Of a stretch of 61,661 nt of DNA, positions 1 through 9,156 are shown in pieces. Positions within the stretch are counted from its first letter, which is position 1. Each line of letters opens with the position of its first letter. This DNA is from an uncultured Gammaproteobacteria bacterium (GTDB lineage: Bacteria; Pseudomonadota; Gammaproteobacteria; Tethybacterales; Tethybacteraceae). Below the pieces are notes generated by a model, which had not been told where the DNA came from, searched no databases, and worked only from the letters and a program-made list of their open reading frames with translations. The DNA lies in assembly GCA_964509765.1 (NCBI GenBank), contig CAZDYI010000139.1:1-61661 (forward strand). The letters run 5' to 3'. The translations under genes and the position numbers were made by a program.

Positions 1-528
1 AGGAGGTTCCAGCCGAAGTAGAGCTCCGCGTCCGCGCGGTCGCGGAACAGGACGCTGAAGACCAGGTTGGCCATGAACACCGGCGTGAACATCAGGGCTC
101 CGGCAAGCAAAAAGCGCGGCAGGCGGTCGAAAGCGAGCAGGCTTTCCAGAGGAACGGCGAACTGCACCGCGGCGGAAACGAGAAGCAGCACTGACGCAGT
201 CGGCAGCAGCCATCTCCCGCGCACCGCCTGCGCGACGCGGATGCCGAGCAGGACCGAGACGAGCACGGCGAAGAACACCAGCGAGTTGTTCAGCCAGGTC
301 GTGCCGAACAGCAGGCTGAACTGGATGACTCCCTTGGTCTCAAGCAGCAGGAAGGCTGAGCCGAGCAGGGTGAACGCGACCGCGAAGCGCGGGTCCGAGC
401 GCTGGGAGCTGCGCCCGAAGGCGAGCAGGGCGGCGAGCACCAGGCCGATCACGAAGGCCATCGCCACCTGGTAGTGGAACGGGACCTTCCTTTCCTTCAT
501 GTACGGGAACGGCCAGTCGTCGGTGGCG
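1..528. repeat. Direct repeat copy 1 (3' coding part of paralog A)
   Basis: Aligns without gaps to 2348-2875 at an offset of 2347 nt. By eye, identity is about 80-95% depending on the segment; for example 241-300 versus 2588-2647 differ at 3 of 60 positions. Confidence 0.85.
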
Positions 529-2072
529 GGGTCTATTCCCGGAAGGCCTGCCCCGGGCATCTCCTGATACGACCTGTTGCCGTCGTACGGCGACATGCCG
601 ATGAGCACGTAGTAGTACGGGTCCACAGCAAGGTCGCTTACAGGAAAGTGCGTGCTCGAGTAGACCGATCCGCGCGGCATGGCCTGCGACATCATCAGGC
701 CGAGCTTCTCGACGAGCCAGGGCTGGCGGTAGAAGTTGTACAGGACCAGCCAGCCGCCGGGCTTGAGCAGCTCGCTCGCCCTGCGGAACGAGTTGACGGT
801 GAACAGGTAGTTCTCCAGGCGCAGCTGGGCGACCGAGCTGACCTTCACGAGGGAGTCGGTGAGCGCGAAGACTATGAGATCGTACTTGCGGTCGCTGCTG
901 TACAGGTGGTTCCGCCCGTCGTCGACAATGGTCCGCACCCTCTCGTCGAGGTACGGGGCGGGATACCGCGAACTGGCGTACTCGCCGAACCTGATGATGC
1001 CGGGATCGACATCCACGGCGTCGACACTCTTGGCCCCGTTGAGAAGCGCCGCGGTGACGTCGTTGCCCGAGCCGGCGCCGATTATGAGGACGTCCTCGAA
1101 CCGGTCGCCTCCCATCTTCCCGCGGAAATCATGCGCAATGTAATACCAGTACGGCATGTCGGTCGGGCCGAACTGCTGGTAGCGAACGCCGTTTGACAGG
1201 ATCCACACCCGCGGCTGGCCGGGCTCGTCGGTCAGCGTCAGGCGCTGGTAGGGGGTCCACAGCGAGCCGTGGACGATGTCCTCGACCCGCTCGACTCCTA
1301 CTGCGTGCGCAACGGGAGCCTCGTCATCCTCCCTGCCGATGATCGGCTTCGCGCCGGCAGGGTTGTCCATGAAGTGGGAAACGACCGCGAGCGCCACGGG
1401 GGCAAGCGCGGCAAGGAACTTGGTCCCCGGGCGCGCGTCCCGTCCCGCGGCGACGTAGAACGAAAGCGCGAACACGAGGAACCAGTAGGTCGCCGGAACG
1501 AGCAGGAAGCTGATGAGGATGAACAGCGAGATTCCGGCCAGGGATCCTGCGATGTCATGGCTGTAGGCCCTCAGCGGAGGGAGCAGCCGGAAGAGCTTCG
1601 CCAGCCTCTGTCCGATCAGCAGGAAGATCCCGACGACCCCCAGAAACCACATCAGGAACTTGGACAGCTGCTCCCCTAGGGACGACGGCTCGGTGTTGCC
1701 CGATAGGAACATCTCCCCGTCAAGCTGGAAGTTGTACTCGCCCAGCTCGTAGCCGACAAGCGCCGGCGGCTTCAGGACGAAGACCAGCGCGACGAAAGCC
1801 AGCAGGGCCGGAGGCATCGCCAGGTACAGCAGCCTGGACGCCCTCTCTGTGAATCGCCGGTGGAGGATGAAGCCGAAGCCGAAGCCGATGAAGGCCGCTA
1901 TCAGGACCAGGTTGGGAAAGTAGCCTAGGTTCCAGATGTGCGCGGCTAGGAACCGGATCAGGACCAGCTGCAGGAACAGGACCTGGAAGCCGAGGACGAA
2001 AATCCTCAGGCCGGCATTCTGCTCGGGGGGCGGGGGGCCGGTGGGGCCAGCCGTTGAAGCTGTCTCACTCAT
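1..2072 (-). CDS. Membrane-embedded spermidine-synthase-like (SAM-MTase fold) protein, paralog A; 3' end runs off the left edge
   Basis: The minus frame is open from ATG 2072-2070 to position 1. It is absent from the ORF track because no stop lies in the window. My translation begins MSETASTAGPTGPPPPEQNAGLRIFVLGFQVLFLQLVLIRFLAAHIWNLGYFPN. Central motifs are VLIIGAGSGNDVTAAL and YDLIVFALTDS, with hydrophobic blocks on both sides. It is collinear with the 841-aa neighbour. Confidence 0.8.
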   Translation of the reverse strand, partial: MSETASTAGPTGPPPPEQNAGLRIFVLGFQVLFLQLVLIRFLAAHIWNLGYFPNLVLIAAFIGFGFGFILHRRFTERASRLLYLAMPPALLAFVALVFVLKPPALVGYELGEYNFQLDGEMFLSGNTEPSSLGEQLSKFLMWFLGVVGIFLLIGQRLAKLFRLLPPLRAYSHDIAGSLAGISLFILISFLLVPATYWFLVFALSFYVAAGRDARPGTKFLAALAPVALAVVSHFMDNPAGAKPIIGREDDEAPVAHAVGVERVEDIVHGSLWTPYQRLTLTDEPGQPRVWILSNGVRYQQFGPTDMPYWYYIAHDFRGKMGGDRFEDVLIIGAGSGNDVTAALLNGAKSVDAVDVDPGIIRFGEYASSRYPAPYLDERVRTIVDDGRNHLYSSDRKYDLIVFALTDSLVKVSSVAQLRLENYLFTVNSFRRASELLKPGGWLVLYNFYRQPWLVEKLGLMMSQAMPRGSVYSSTHFPVSDLAVDPYYYVLIGMSPYDGNRSYQEMPGAGLPGIDPATDDWPFPYMKERKVPFHYQVAMAFVIGLVLAALLAFGRSSQRSDPRFAVAFTLLGSAFLLLETKGVIQFSLLFGTTWLNNSLVFFAVLVSVLLGIRVAQAVRGRWLLPTASVLLLVSAAVQFAVPLESLLAFDRLPRFLLAGALMFTPVFMANLVFSVLFRDRADAELYFGWNL

Positions 2073-4590
2073 GAGCACGGATGCGTTCCCGGCTTGCTTG
2101 CGGCTCAGTCCGGACCGGCAACTCACGCCTTGTTTCCGCCGGCGCTGCGCTGAGCTGCGCGGCTGCGCCCGGACTGTCGCCGGCATGCGGCATCGGGGAT
2201 GTCCCATCCTCCGCCTTCGCCTGGTTCCTGATCCCGAGCCATGCGGCCCCGAGCGCGACGGCGTACAGGGCGATGACAACCGCTCCGAGCGCCTGGTATC
2301 CCGTGGCGAGGCTGAGGTACTCGAGGACGCCGCCCGCTGTCGCGCCGAGGAGGTTCCAGCCGAAGTACAGCTCCGCGTCCGCCCGGTCGCGGAACAGCAC
2401 GCTGAAGATCAGGTTCGCCATGAACACCGGCGTGAACATCAGCGCGCCCGCGAGAAAGAAGCGCGGCAGCGGCTCGAACGCAAGCAGGCTGCCCAGGGGA
2501 ACGGCGTACTGGACCGCGGCGGAAGCCAGCAGCAGGACGGACGCCGTCGGCAGGAGCCAGGCGCCGCGCACCGCCTGCGCGACCCGGATGCCGAGCAGGA
2601 CCGAGACGAGCACCGCGAAGAACACAAGCGAGTTGTTCAGCCAGGTGGTCCCGAACAGCAGGCTGAACTGGATCACGCCCTTGGTCTCGAGCAACAGGAA
2701 CGCCGAGCCGAGCAGCGTGAACGCGACCGCGAAGCGCGGGTCGGAGCGCTGGGAGCTGCGCCCGAAGGCGAGCAGGGCGGCGAGCACCAGGCCGATCACG
2801 AAAGCCATCGCCACCTGGTAGTGGAACGGGACCCTCCTTTCCTTCATGTAAGGGAACGGCCAGTCGTCGGTCGCCGCGGGGCTTGCCTGCTCCAGCTGGC
2901 TCAGCTCGGAGAACTCGTGCGGGCCCGCGGGAGAGGCGCCGATGATCAGCGCCCACAGGTGCTGGCCCGAAGCCGCTCCGAGCGTGCTGGGGTCGATCAC
3001 GCGCACAATGGACTCGTTCGGCATCGCGTCGAGAAGCATGGCGCTGAGCTTCTCCACGAGCCAGACGTCTCGGTAGGCGTTGTACATCACGATCCAGCCG
3101 CCGGGGTTGAGCAGCTCGCTCGCGCGCCGGAAGGACTCCGCGGTGTAGATGTAGTTCTCGAGCCGCAGCTGCGAAACCGAGCTGACTTTGACGAGCGAGT
3201 CTGTCAGGGCGAAGACGATCAGGTCGTACCTGCGCTTGGTGTTGTAGATGAAGTGCCTGCCGTCGTCTATGACGGTGTTGACCTTCCTGTCCTTGTACGG
3301 GGCAGCGAAGTGGTTCGTGTGCATGAAGCCGTACCGCGCGATGCCGGGGTCGATCTCGACGGCGTCGATCCTGTCCGAGCCTGCCTGGAGCGCGGCAGCG
3401 ACGTCGGAGCCGGACCCGGCGCCGATGATCAGGACGTCGCGGAACGGAGGGCTGTCGGTCAGCTTGCGCAGGTCGTGGGCCGCGGTGTAGATGGCGGGGA
3501 ATGTGGGACGGCCGAAGACCTGGTGGCCGATGTTGTTCGAGTTGATCACCCAGCCCTGGTCCGGGATCGGGCGCAGGGTCAGGTGCTGGTAGGGCGACCA
3601 GACCGAGTGGGGGCGCATGTACTTTGTGTGCTCGCCTTCCTCGGCAACCTGCTCGGCAGGCCGCGGGTCGGACTGTGCCTGGCTTGGGGTCAGCCCCGGG
3701 TTGTCGATGCTGAAGGAAAGCGCCGCCAGGCAGACGGGGGCCAGGGACGCCGCGAGCCGCGGCATGTTGCGGACGTCGTTGCCGATCGCGATCCAGAACG
3801 AGAGCGCGACGACCAAGAACCAGTAGTGGGCGGGCACCTGCAGGAAGCTGATCAGCATGAACAGGGATATCCCCGCGAGCGAGCCTGAGATGTCGAGGGT
3901 GTACGCCTGAAGCGGCGGCAGGAGCCGGAACAGCTTCGCCATGCGCTGGCCGTTGAGGAAGAACAACAGGACGATGCCGAGGAACCACAGCAGGAACATG
4001 CCCATCTGCTGGCCGAGGGTGCCGATCTCCTCGGGCTTCGTCCCGGTGAAGAACAGCTCGTTGTCTATCGTCGTGTTGACGTTCGCAAGCCCGACAAACC
4101 CCGGCGGCTTCATCCAGATCACGCCGAGGACGAAGGCAACGAGGAACACAGGCTTGAGCGCATACAGCAGCCTGGAGCGGCCGTCGCTCACGTGCCGGTG
4201 AAGCAAAAAGCCGAATCCGAAGCCGATGAACGCGGCCAGCAGGACGAAGTTGGGGAAGTAGCCGAGGTTCCAGATGTGCCCCGCGAGGAAGCGGATAAGC
4301 ACGAGCTCGAGAAACAGGACCTGGAAGCCGAGGACGAACAGACGCAGCCTGACCCTTTCGGGCCGGATCGGCTCAGGCGGCCCAGGCGGGGCGGGGCCTG
4401 CGGGAATCTCGGAAGGAGGTTCGGCGCGCGGAACGGGCAACTCATGCCCGGAGCGCGTGCCCTCCGGGTCCGGAACGGCGTTTCCGGTGACAGTCTGGGG
4501 CGCTGGGTCGCTAGCCGGCGCGGGCGTGGTGGCTTGCTCGGTCACTGTTTCCGCCGTCCCGCCGGCAGTGGGGCTGGAATCGCTCTGCAA
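2065..4590 (-). CDS. Membrane-embedded spermidine-synthase-like (SAM-MTase fold) protein, paralog B
   Basis: 841-aa ORF with a Pro/Thr/Ala-rich N-terminus and a block of several predicted TM helices. The central domain carries VLIIGAGSGSDVAAAL and YDLIVFALTDS, followed by a second TM block. The start is TTG at 4590. The stop TGA 2067-2065 overlaps the ATG of paralog A (8-nt overlap, ATGAGTGA). Confidence 0.8.
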   Translation of the reverse strand: MQSDSSPTAGGTAETVTEQATTPAPASDPAPQTVTGNAVPDPEGTRSGHELPVPRAEPPSEIPAGPAPPGPPEPIRPERVRLRLFVLGFQVLFLELVLIRFLAGHIWNLGYFPNFVLLAAFIGFGFGFLLHRHVSDGRSRLLYALKPVFLVAFVLGVIWMKPPGFVGLANVNTTIDNELFFTGTKPEEIGTLGQQMGMFLLWFLGIVLLFFLNGQRMAKLFRLLPPLQAYTLDISGSLAGISLFMLISFLQVPAHYWFLVVALSFWIAIGNDVRNMPRLAASLAPVCLAALSFSIDNPGLTPSQAQSDPRPAEQVAEEGEHTKYMRPHSVWSPYQHLTLRPIPDQGWVINSNNIGHQVFGRPTFPAIYTAAHDLRKLTDSPPFRDVLIIGAGSGSDVAAALQAGSDRIDAVEIDPGIARYGFMHTNHFAAPYKDRKVNTVIDDGRHFIYNTKRRYDLIVFALTDSLVKVSSVSQLRLENYIYTAESFRRASELLNPGGWIVMYNAYRDVWLVEKLSAMLLDAMPNESIVRVIDPSTLGAASGQHLWALIIGASPAGPHEFSELSQLEQASPAATDDWPFPYMKERRVPFHYQVAMAFVIGLVLAALLAFGRSSQRSDPRFAVAFTLLGSAFLLLETKGVIQFSLLFGTTWLNNSLVFFAVLVSVLLGIRVAQAVRGAWLLPTASVLLLASAAVQYAVPLGSLLAFEPLPRFFLAGALMFTPVFMANLIFSVLFRDRADAELYFGWNLLGATAGGVLEYLSLATGYQALGAVVIALYAVALGAAWLGIRNQAKAEDGTSPMPHAGDSPGAAAQLSAAPAETRRELPVRTEPQASRERIRAHE
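2348..2875. repeat. Direct repeat copy 2 (3' coding part of paralog B)
   Basis: Partner of 1-528. Similarity drops sharply after about 2876, where the linker and MTase domain are much more diverged. Confidence 0.85.
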
Positions 4591-4598
4591 ACCTGCGG

Positions 4599-4604
4599 AT
4601 TATA
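4599..4604 (-). promoter_or_regulatory. -10-like TATAAT, 8 nt upstream of the TTG start of paralog B
   Basis: Plus strand attata reads TATAAT on the minus strand. The spacer is ccgcaggt, then TTG at 4590. No SD-like motif. Confidence 0.35.
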
Positions 4605-4685
4605 AATTGGCGGGCGGCGGCGGGGTTAAAATTCCGTGTTTGCCGGCGCCTGCCCCGGCAGGCCGCCTGGCGGCGAAGGTGCAGC

Positions 4686-5387
4686 ATGGGACAGAACATC
4701 GACACCATTCCCAGCGTCATCCTCGGCGCCTTCGCGGCCTTCTGGGAGACGATCCTGGGCTTCCTGCCCAACATAATCGCGACCCTGCTGCTCGCGATCC
4801 TCGGCCTGTTCCTCGCCAAGGTCTCGAAGATAGCCGTCGACAGGCTGCTAGGCCTGTTCAAGTTCGACCGGCTGGTCGAGAGGACCGGCCTCGAGAGCTA
4901 CATCGCCGCGAGCGACTACGACGTGAAGATCTCGAACGTCATCTCCGGGACGATCTACTGGCTGATCATCCTGATGACGGTCACCTCGATCGCGGACCTG
5001 CTCCACCTCGAGGTGATCTCGGACCTGTTCGAGCGGATCGTCATCTACCTGCCGAACATCATCCTCGCGACGGTTATCCTGATCGTCGGGACGATCTTCT
5101 CGCGGATCGTCAACCGCTACGTGTTCAACAACCTCAAGGAGGTCGCGATGGACTTCGCGCTGACGCTAGCGGTCGTCGCGGAGGTGGTCGTCCAGGTCTT
5201 CGTCTGGTTCCTGGCCCTCGAGCAGCTGCACGTCAACACGACCCTGCTGCTGATCGTGATGTCGGCGATCCTCGGCTCGATCGCGCTCGCGTGCGCGCTC
5301 GCGTTCGGGCTCGCCGGGCAGGAAATCGCCCGGGAGATGCTCCAGGGCGCGAGGAAAAAGATCGAAAGCGGGCTTGACGAGGACTGA
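4686..5387 (+). CDS. Multi-pass membrane protein (conserved-TM-helix repeat type, MscS-associated-like)
   Basis: 233-aa ORF with repeated hydrophobic helices (LPNIIATLLLAILGLFLA, IYLPNIILATVILIVG) and an acidic C-terminus. GAAGG lies upstream of the ATG. Confidence 0.6.
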   Translation: MGQNIDTIPSVILGAFAAFWETILGFLPNIIATLLLAILGLFLAKVSKIAVDRLLGLFKFDRLVERTGLESYIAASDYDVKISNVISGTIYWLIILMTVTSIADLLHLEVISDLFERIVIYLPNIILATVILIVGTIFSRIVNRYVFNNLKEVAMDFALTLAVVAEVVVQVFVWFLALEQLHVNTTLLLIVMSAILGSIALACALAFGLAGQEIAREMLQGARKKIESGLDED

Positions 5388-5414
5388 TTCCGCCCGCCCC
5401 GGAGCCCGGCCGCG

Positions 5415-6278
5415 GTGAGGGCCGGGCCCTTCGTCGCCCTCGGGGCGCGGTTCCGCGGCCTGACCGCGCTCAAGGAGCTCTCGGTCCGGCTGCGAGCCGA
5501 GGGCTACCGTCCCACGGTCGCGCGCGACGTCGCGCGCAGGCTCGGAAGGCAGGAGCGCGACGCGGCCGGCATCAAGGTCCGCAATCCCGACGCCCGGCCG
5601 CGTCCGGTCCTCGCTGTCGCGCTCGGCGGCGACGGCTCGTTCATCCAGACGGCCTCGGACTACGCGGTCCGCGACGTGCCCGTGGTCGGGATCAACCTCG
5701 GCCGGGTCGGCTTCCTCGCCGACATCGACTCGCGGCTGATGCACGAGACGGTCATGGACGTGCTCTCCGGCCGGTTCCACGACGAGCAGCGGATCCTGCT
5801 CGAGGTCAGCCACCGCCGCAAGAACAGGGTGCTCGGCAGGCAGGTCGTGATCAACGACGCGGTGATCGACCGCGGCGAGCTCGGCACGCTCATCGACCTC
5901 GACGTCATGATCGACGGCAAGCATGCCTTCCAGCTGCGCGGCGACGGCGTGATCGTCTCGACCCCGGGCGGGTCGACGGCCTACAACATCGCCGCCGGCG
6001 GGCCGATCGTCACCCCGGACTGCTCCTGCGTCGTGCTCACGCCGCTCAACCCGTTCTCGCTCACGCACCGGCCGATCGTCTTCAGCACCACGCGCAGGTT
6101 CACCTTCAGGGCCTTCGGCAAGTCGAAGATGGTCGCGGACGGCCAGAGCACGTTCGAGCTCCGCGCGGGGGACCGGGTGGACCTCCGCGCCCACCGCAAG
6201 CAGATGACGGTCCGCCACCCCAGGCGCTACGACTACTTCGACGCGCTCCGCGAGAAGCTCTACTGGAGGCGCGACTGA
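5415..6278 (+). CDS. nadK: NAD kinase
   Basis: Motif GGDGSFIQTA...VVGINLGRVGFLADI and motif TPGGSTAYNIAAGGPIV. Lies in nadK-recN synteny. Confidence 0.9.
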   Translation: MRAGPFVALGARFRGLTALKELSVRLRAEGYRPTVARDVARRLGRQERDAAGIKVRNPDARPRPVLAVALGGDGSFIQTASDYAVRDVPVVGINLGRVGFLADIDSRLMHETVMDVLSGRFHDEQRILLEVSHRRKNRVLGRQVVINDAVIDRGELGTLIDLDVMIDGKHAFQLRGDGVIVSTPGGSTAYNIAAGGPIVTPDCSCVVLTPLNPFSLTHRPIVFSTTRRFTFRAFGKSKMVADGQSTFELRAGDRVDLRAHRKQMTVRHPRRYDYFDALREKLYWRRD

Positions 6279-7924
6279 TGCTCACGTCGCTTGAGGTCTC
6301 CGACTTCGCCAACGTCTCCCACGCGCTGCTCGAGCTGCCCGAGGAGGGCTACTGCGCCCTGACCGGCGAGACCGGCGTCGGCAAGTCGATCCTGGTGGAC
6401 GCGCTTGCGCTCGCGTCCGGCGCGAGGCTCGACCGCGACTTCGTCCGCAGCGGCAGGGAGCGCGCCGAGCTCAGCGCATCGTTCGACGTCGGCGGGAACA
6501 AGGCAGTTTGCGAGTGGCTCGAGCGCAGCGGGATGGCCGACGAGGGGGGCGAGCTGGTCGTGCGCAGGGCCATCGACCGGAACAGGAGGTCGCGCGCGCA
6601 CGTCAACGGCCGGGCTGCCACCTTGTCGCAGCTTAGCGAGCTCGTCGGGGCGCTCGTCGGGATCTGCGGCCAGCACGAGCACCTGCGGCTGCGGGACGCC
6701 GCGCGCCGCCGCGAGCTGCTCGACCGCTCCGCCAAGGCGCAGGGACCCGCGCGCGACACCGCCGCCGCCTACGAGAAGTGGAAGGAGACATGCGCCGCGC
6801 TCGAGGAGGCGAAAAAGGGCGCCGAGGCCGCACGGGGCCGGATCAAGGAGATCGAGGAGTTCCTCGCCGAGGTCGACGCGCTCGAGCTCACCGAGAAGAG
6901 GTGGGAGGAGGAGAGCGGCCTGCTCGCGAAGCAGGGCAACGTCGCAGAGATCGGCGAGCTCCACCGCGCGGTCGGCGAGGGCATCGACGCCCTCGAGGGC
7001 GAGCTGTCCGGCATCAAGCCCGCCGCGTCCAGGCTCGCGGAGTTGCTCCAGGAGGCCAAGGGGGTCGCGGACCAGGTCCGCGACATGTCGATCCTCGCGT
7101 CGGACCTGTCGCGCGACCACGCCCGCCTCGGCGAGTCGACAGGAGAGGTCGACCAGGAGTCGCTCGAGAGGGCGGAGGCGTTCGTTTCCGAGGCGCACAG
7201 GCTTTCGCGCAAGCACAAGGCGGTCGGCCCGCCGGAGCTTGTCGCCCTCGCCGACCGGATGCGAAAGGAGCTCGATGAGATCGGCTCGGCCGACGTCGGA
7301 GCGGCTGAGCGCAGGGTCGCCGATGCGCTGAAAAAGTACGAGGCCGCCGCGAAGAGGCTGAGCGCCGCGCGGCGCAAGGAGGCCAAGTGCCTCTCGGGCA
7401 GGGTGCGGGGCACCCTGCGGCAGCTCGCGCTCCCCCACGCGCGCTTCGAGATCGCCCTGGACCCGCGCGACGGTCCGTCGCGCCACGGGGCGGAGGACGT
7501 CGCATTCCGCTTCGCCGCGCGCAAGACGATGGACATGTCCGAGCTGGGCGAGGTCGCGTCCGGCGGCGAGCTTTCGCGCACCTCGCTCGCGCTTTTCGCC
7601 GAGGTCGGCGGCGACGGCAACAAGGACATGATCTTCGACGAGGTCGACACCGGCATCGGCGGCAAGACCGCGGCCCATGTCGGCAGGCTGCTCGCCGAGC
7701 TCGGCGCCGGCAGGCTGGTGCTGTGCGTAACGCACCTCCCGCAGGTCGCCGCGGCGGCGCGCCACCACTGGATAGTCAGGACGGACGAGGAGGGGCTAGC
7801 GACGCTCGAGTTCGCCGAGGGCAGCGTCCGCGAGGAGGAGATAGCCCGCATGCTCGCCGGCAGGCGCATAACCGAGGCGAGCCGGGTCAACGCCCGGGAG
7901 ATTCTGGCGACGGCTTCGGGCTGA
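6278..7924 (+). CDS. recN: DNA repair protein RecN
   Basis: 548 aa. N-terminal Walker A LTGETGVGKSILVDAL, a coiled-coil middle, and a C-terminal SGGELSRTSLAL signature. Confidence 0.93.
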   Translation: MLTSLEVSDFANVSHALLELPEEGYCALTGETGVGKSILVDALALASGARLDRDFVRSGRERAELSASFDVGGNKAVCEWLERSGMADEGGELVVRRAIDRNRRSRAHVNGRAATLSQLSELVGALVGICGQHEHLRLRDAARRRELLDRSAKAQGPARDTAAAYEKWKETCAALEEAKKGAEAARGRIKEIEEFLAEVDALELTEKRWEEESGLLAKQGNVAEIGELHRAVGEGIDALEGELSGIKPAASRLAELLQEAKGVADQVRDMSILASDLSRDHARLGESTGEVDQESLERAEAFVSEAHRLSRKHKAVGPPELVALADRMRKELDEIGSADVGAAERRVADALKKYEAAAKRLSAARRKEAKCLSGRVRGTLRQLALPHARFEIALDPRDGPSRHGAEDVAFRFAARKTMDMSELGEVASGGELSRTSLALFAEVGGDGNKDMIFDEVDTGIGGKTAAHVGRLLAELGAGRLVLCVTHLPQVAAAARHHWIVRTDEEGLATLEFAEGSVREEEIARMLAGRRITEASRVNAREILATASG

Positions 7925-9156
7925 TGGCCGCGCTCCGTCTCGAGTGGGACATCGGCCTTCGCTACCTGATGGTCGGGAAGGGCGACCGCTACGTCTCGCT
8001 CACGTCGCTCGCGTCTGCGGTCGGCATCACCCTCGGCGTCGCGGCAGTCATCGTCGTAATGTCGGTGATGAACGGCTTTCACGTCAACCTGCGCGAGCGC
8101 ATCCTCGCCGCGTCCTCGCACGTGGAGGTGATCATCCCCGAGGGGCGCGCCGATAGCTGGCGCGAGGACCTGGAGAGGCTCGGCGCCGACGAGAGGGTAG
8201 TCGCCGCGGCGCCGAACATCGACCGCCAGGGACTTCTGAGCGGCAACGGCCAGGTGCGCGGGGTGCAGGTCAAGGGGGTGGACCCGGGCCTCGAGGGTGA
8301 CATCTCCGGCTTCGAGAGCGCAGGCGACCTGTCCGCGCTCGAGCCCGGCTCGTTCAGGGCGATGGTCGGCTCGAGGATAGCCTCGCGGCTCGGGGCGGAA
8401 GCCGGCGACGAGGTCCTGCTGCTCGTCCCCTCGGGAACCGCGACCCTCGGGGGCTTCATGCCGCGGCTCAAGAGGATCGAGGTCGCGGGAACGGTATCGT
8501 TCGGGCTGTACCAGTACGACGAGTCGCTCGTCTACATGCACCACGAGGACGTCGCCCGCCTGTTCGGCGGCGGGCCGGTCGACACGATCCGGCTGCGGCT
8601 CGCGGACGTGTTCGACGCGCCGTCCGTCGCTGCAGACGTCCGCGAGCGCGACGGCCTCGACGCGTACGACTGGACCGCGAGCAACGCGACGCTGTTCGAC
8701 GCCCTTGCGGTCGAGCGCAGGGTCATGTTCGTGATCCTGTCGCTGATCATCCTCGTTGCCGCGTTCCAGATCGTCGCCGCTCTCGTCGCGATGGTGCGGA
8801 GCAAGCGCGGGTCGATCGCCGTCCTGCGCACCATCGGCCTGCCGCCGGCGTCGATCCTGCGGATCTTCCTGATACAGGGGACGATGGTCGGCGTAGTCGG
8901 AACCGTACTCGGCGTAGCACTCGGCCTTGCCGTCGCAAGCAACGTCAACCCGGTGGTCGGCTTCTTCGAGTCCGTCTTCGGCTTCGACTTCTTTCCCGGC
9001 GAGGTCTACTTCCTCGAGACCATACCCTCGCTGATTCTGCCCGGCAACGTCGCCGCAGTGGCGGGGCTCGCGTTCGCCCTGTCGCTTGCCGCGACCGTCT
9101 GGCCGTCCGTATCCGCGGCGAGGGTGGACCCCGCCGAGGCGCTGCGCCATGAGTGA
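7924..9156 (+). CDS. Lipoprotein-release ABC permease, LolC/LolE(/LolF) family
   Basis: In-frame ATG at 7924 overlaps the recN stop (ATGA). The protein begins MAALRLEWDIGLRYLMVGKGDRYVSLTSLASAVGITLGVAAVIVVMSVMNGF, followed by a periplasmic loop and an FtsX-like C-terminus. Confidence 0.88.
   Translation: MAALRLEWDIGLRYLMVGKGDRYVSLTSLASAVGITLGVAAVIVVMSVMNGFHVNLRERILAASSHVEVIIPEGRADSWREDLERLGADERVVAAAPNIDRQGLLSGNGQVRGVQVKGVDPGLEGDISGFESAGDLSALEPGSFRAMVGSRIASRLGAEAGDEVLLLVPSGTATLGGFMPRLKRIEVAGTVSFGLYQYDESLVYMHHEDVARLFGGGPVDTIRLRLADVFDAPSVAADVRERDGLDAYDWTASNATLFDALAVERRVMFVILSLIILVAAFQIVAALVAMVRSKRGSIAVLRTIGLPPASILRIFLIQGTMVGVVGTVLGVALGLAVASNVNPVVGFFESVFGFDFFPGEVYFLETIPSLILPGNVAAVAGLAFALSLAATVWPSVSAARVDPAEALRHE

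Noticed and set aside
1936-3888. 650-aa plus-strand ORF, and a 621-aa minus-strand ORF in another frame, overlapping SpeE-like paralog B
   Set aside because: Their Arg/Gly/Pro/Ala-rich, motif-free translations are typical of off-frame reading in high-GC DNA. The 2065-4590 frame carries clear TM and SAM-fold motifs.
4627-4685. GC hairpin (GCCTGC-cccg-GCAGGC) in the putative 5' leader of the 4686 membrane-protein gene, considered as a riboswitch or attenuator
   Set aside because: It is too short and simple for any riboswitch class I know, with no conserved loop motifs.
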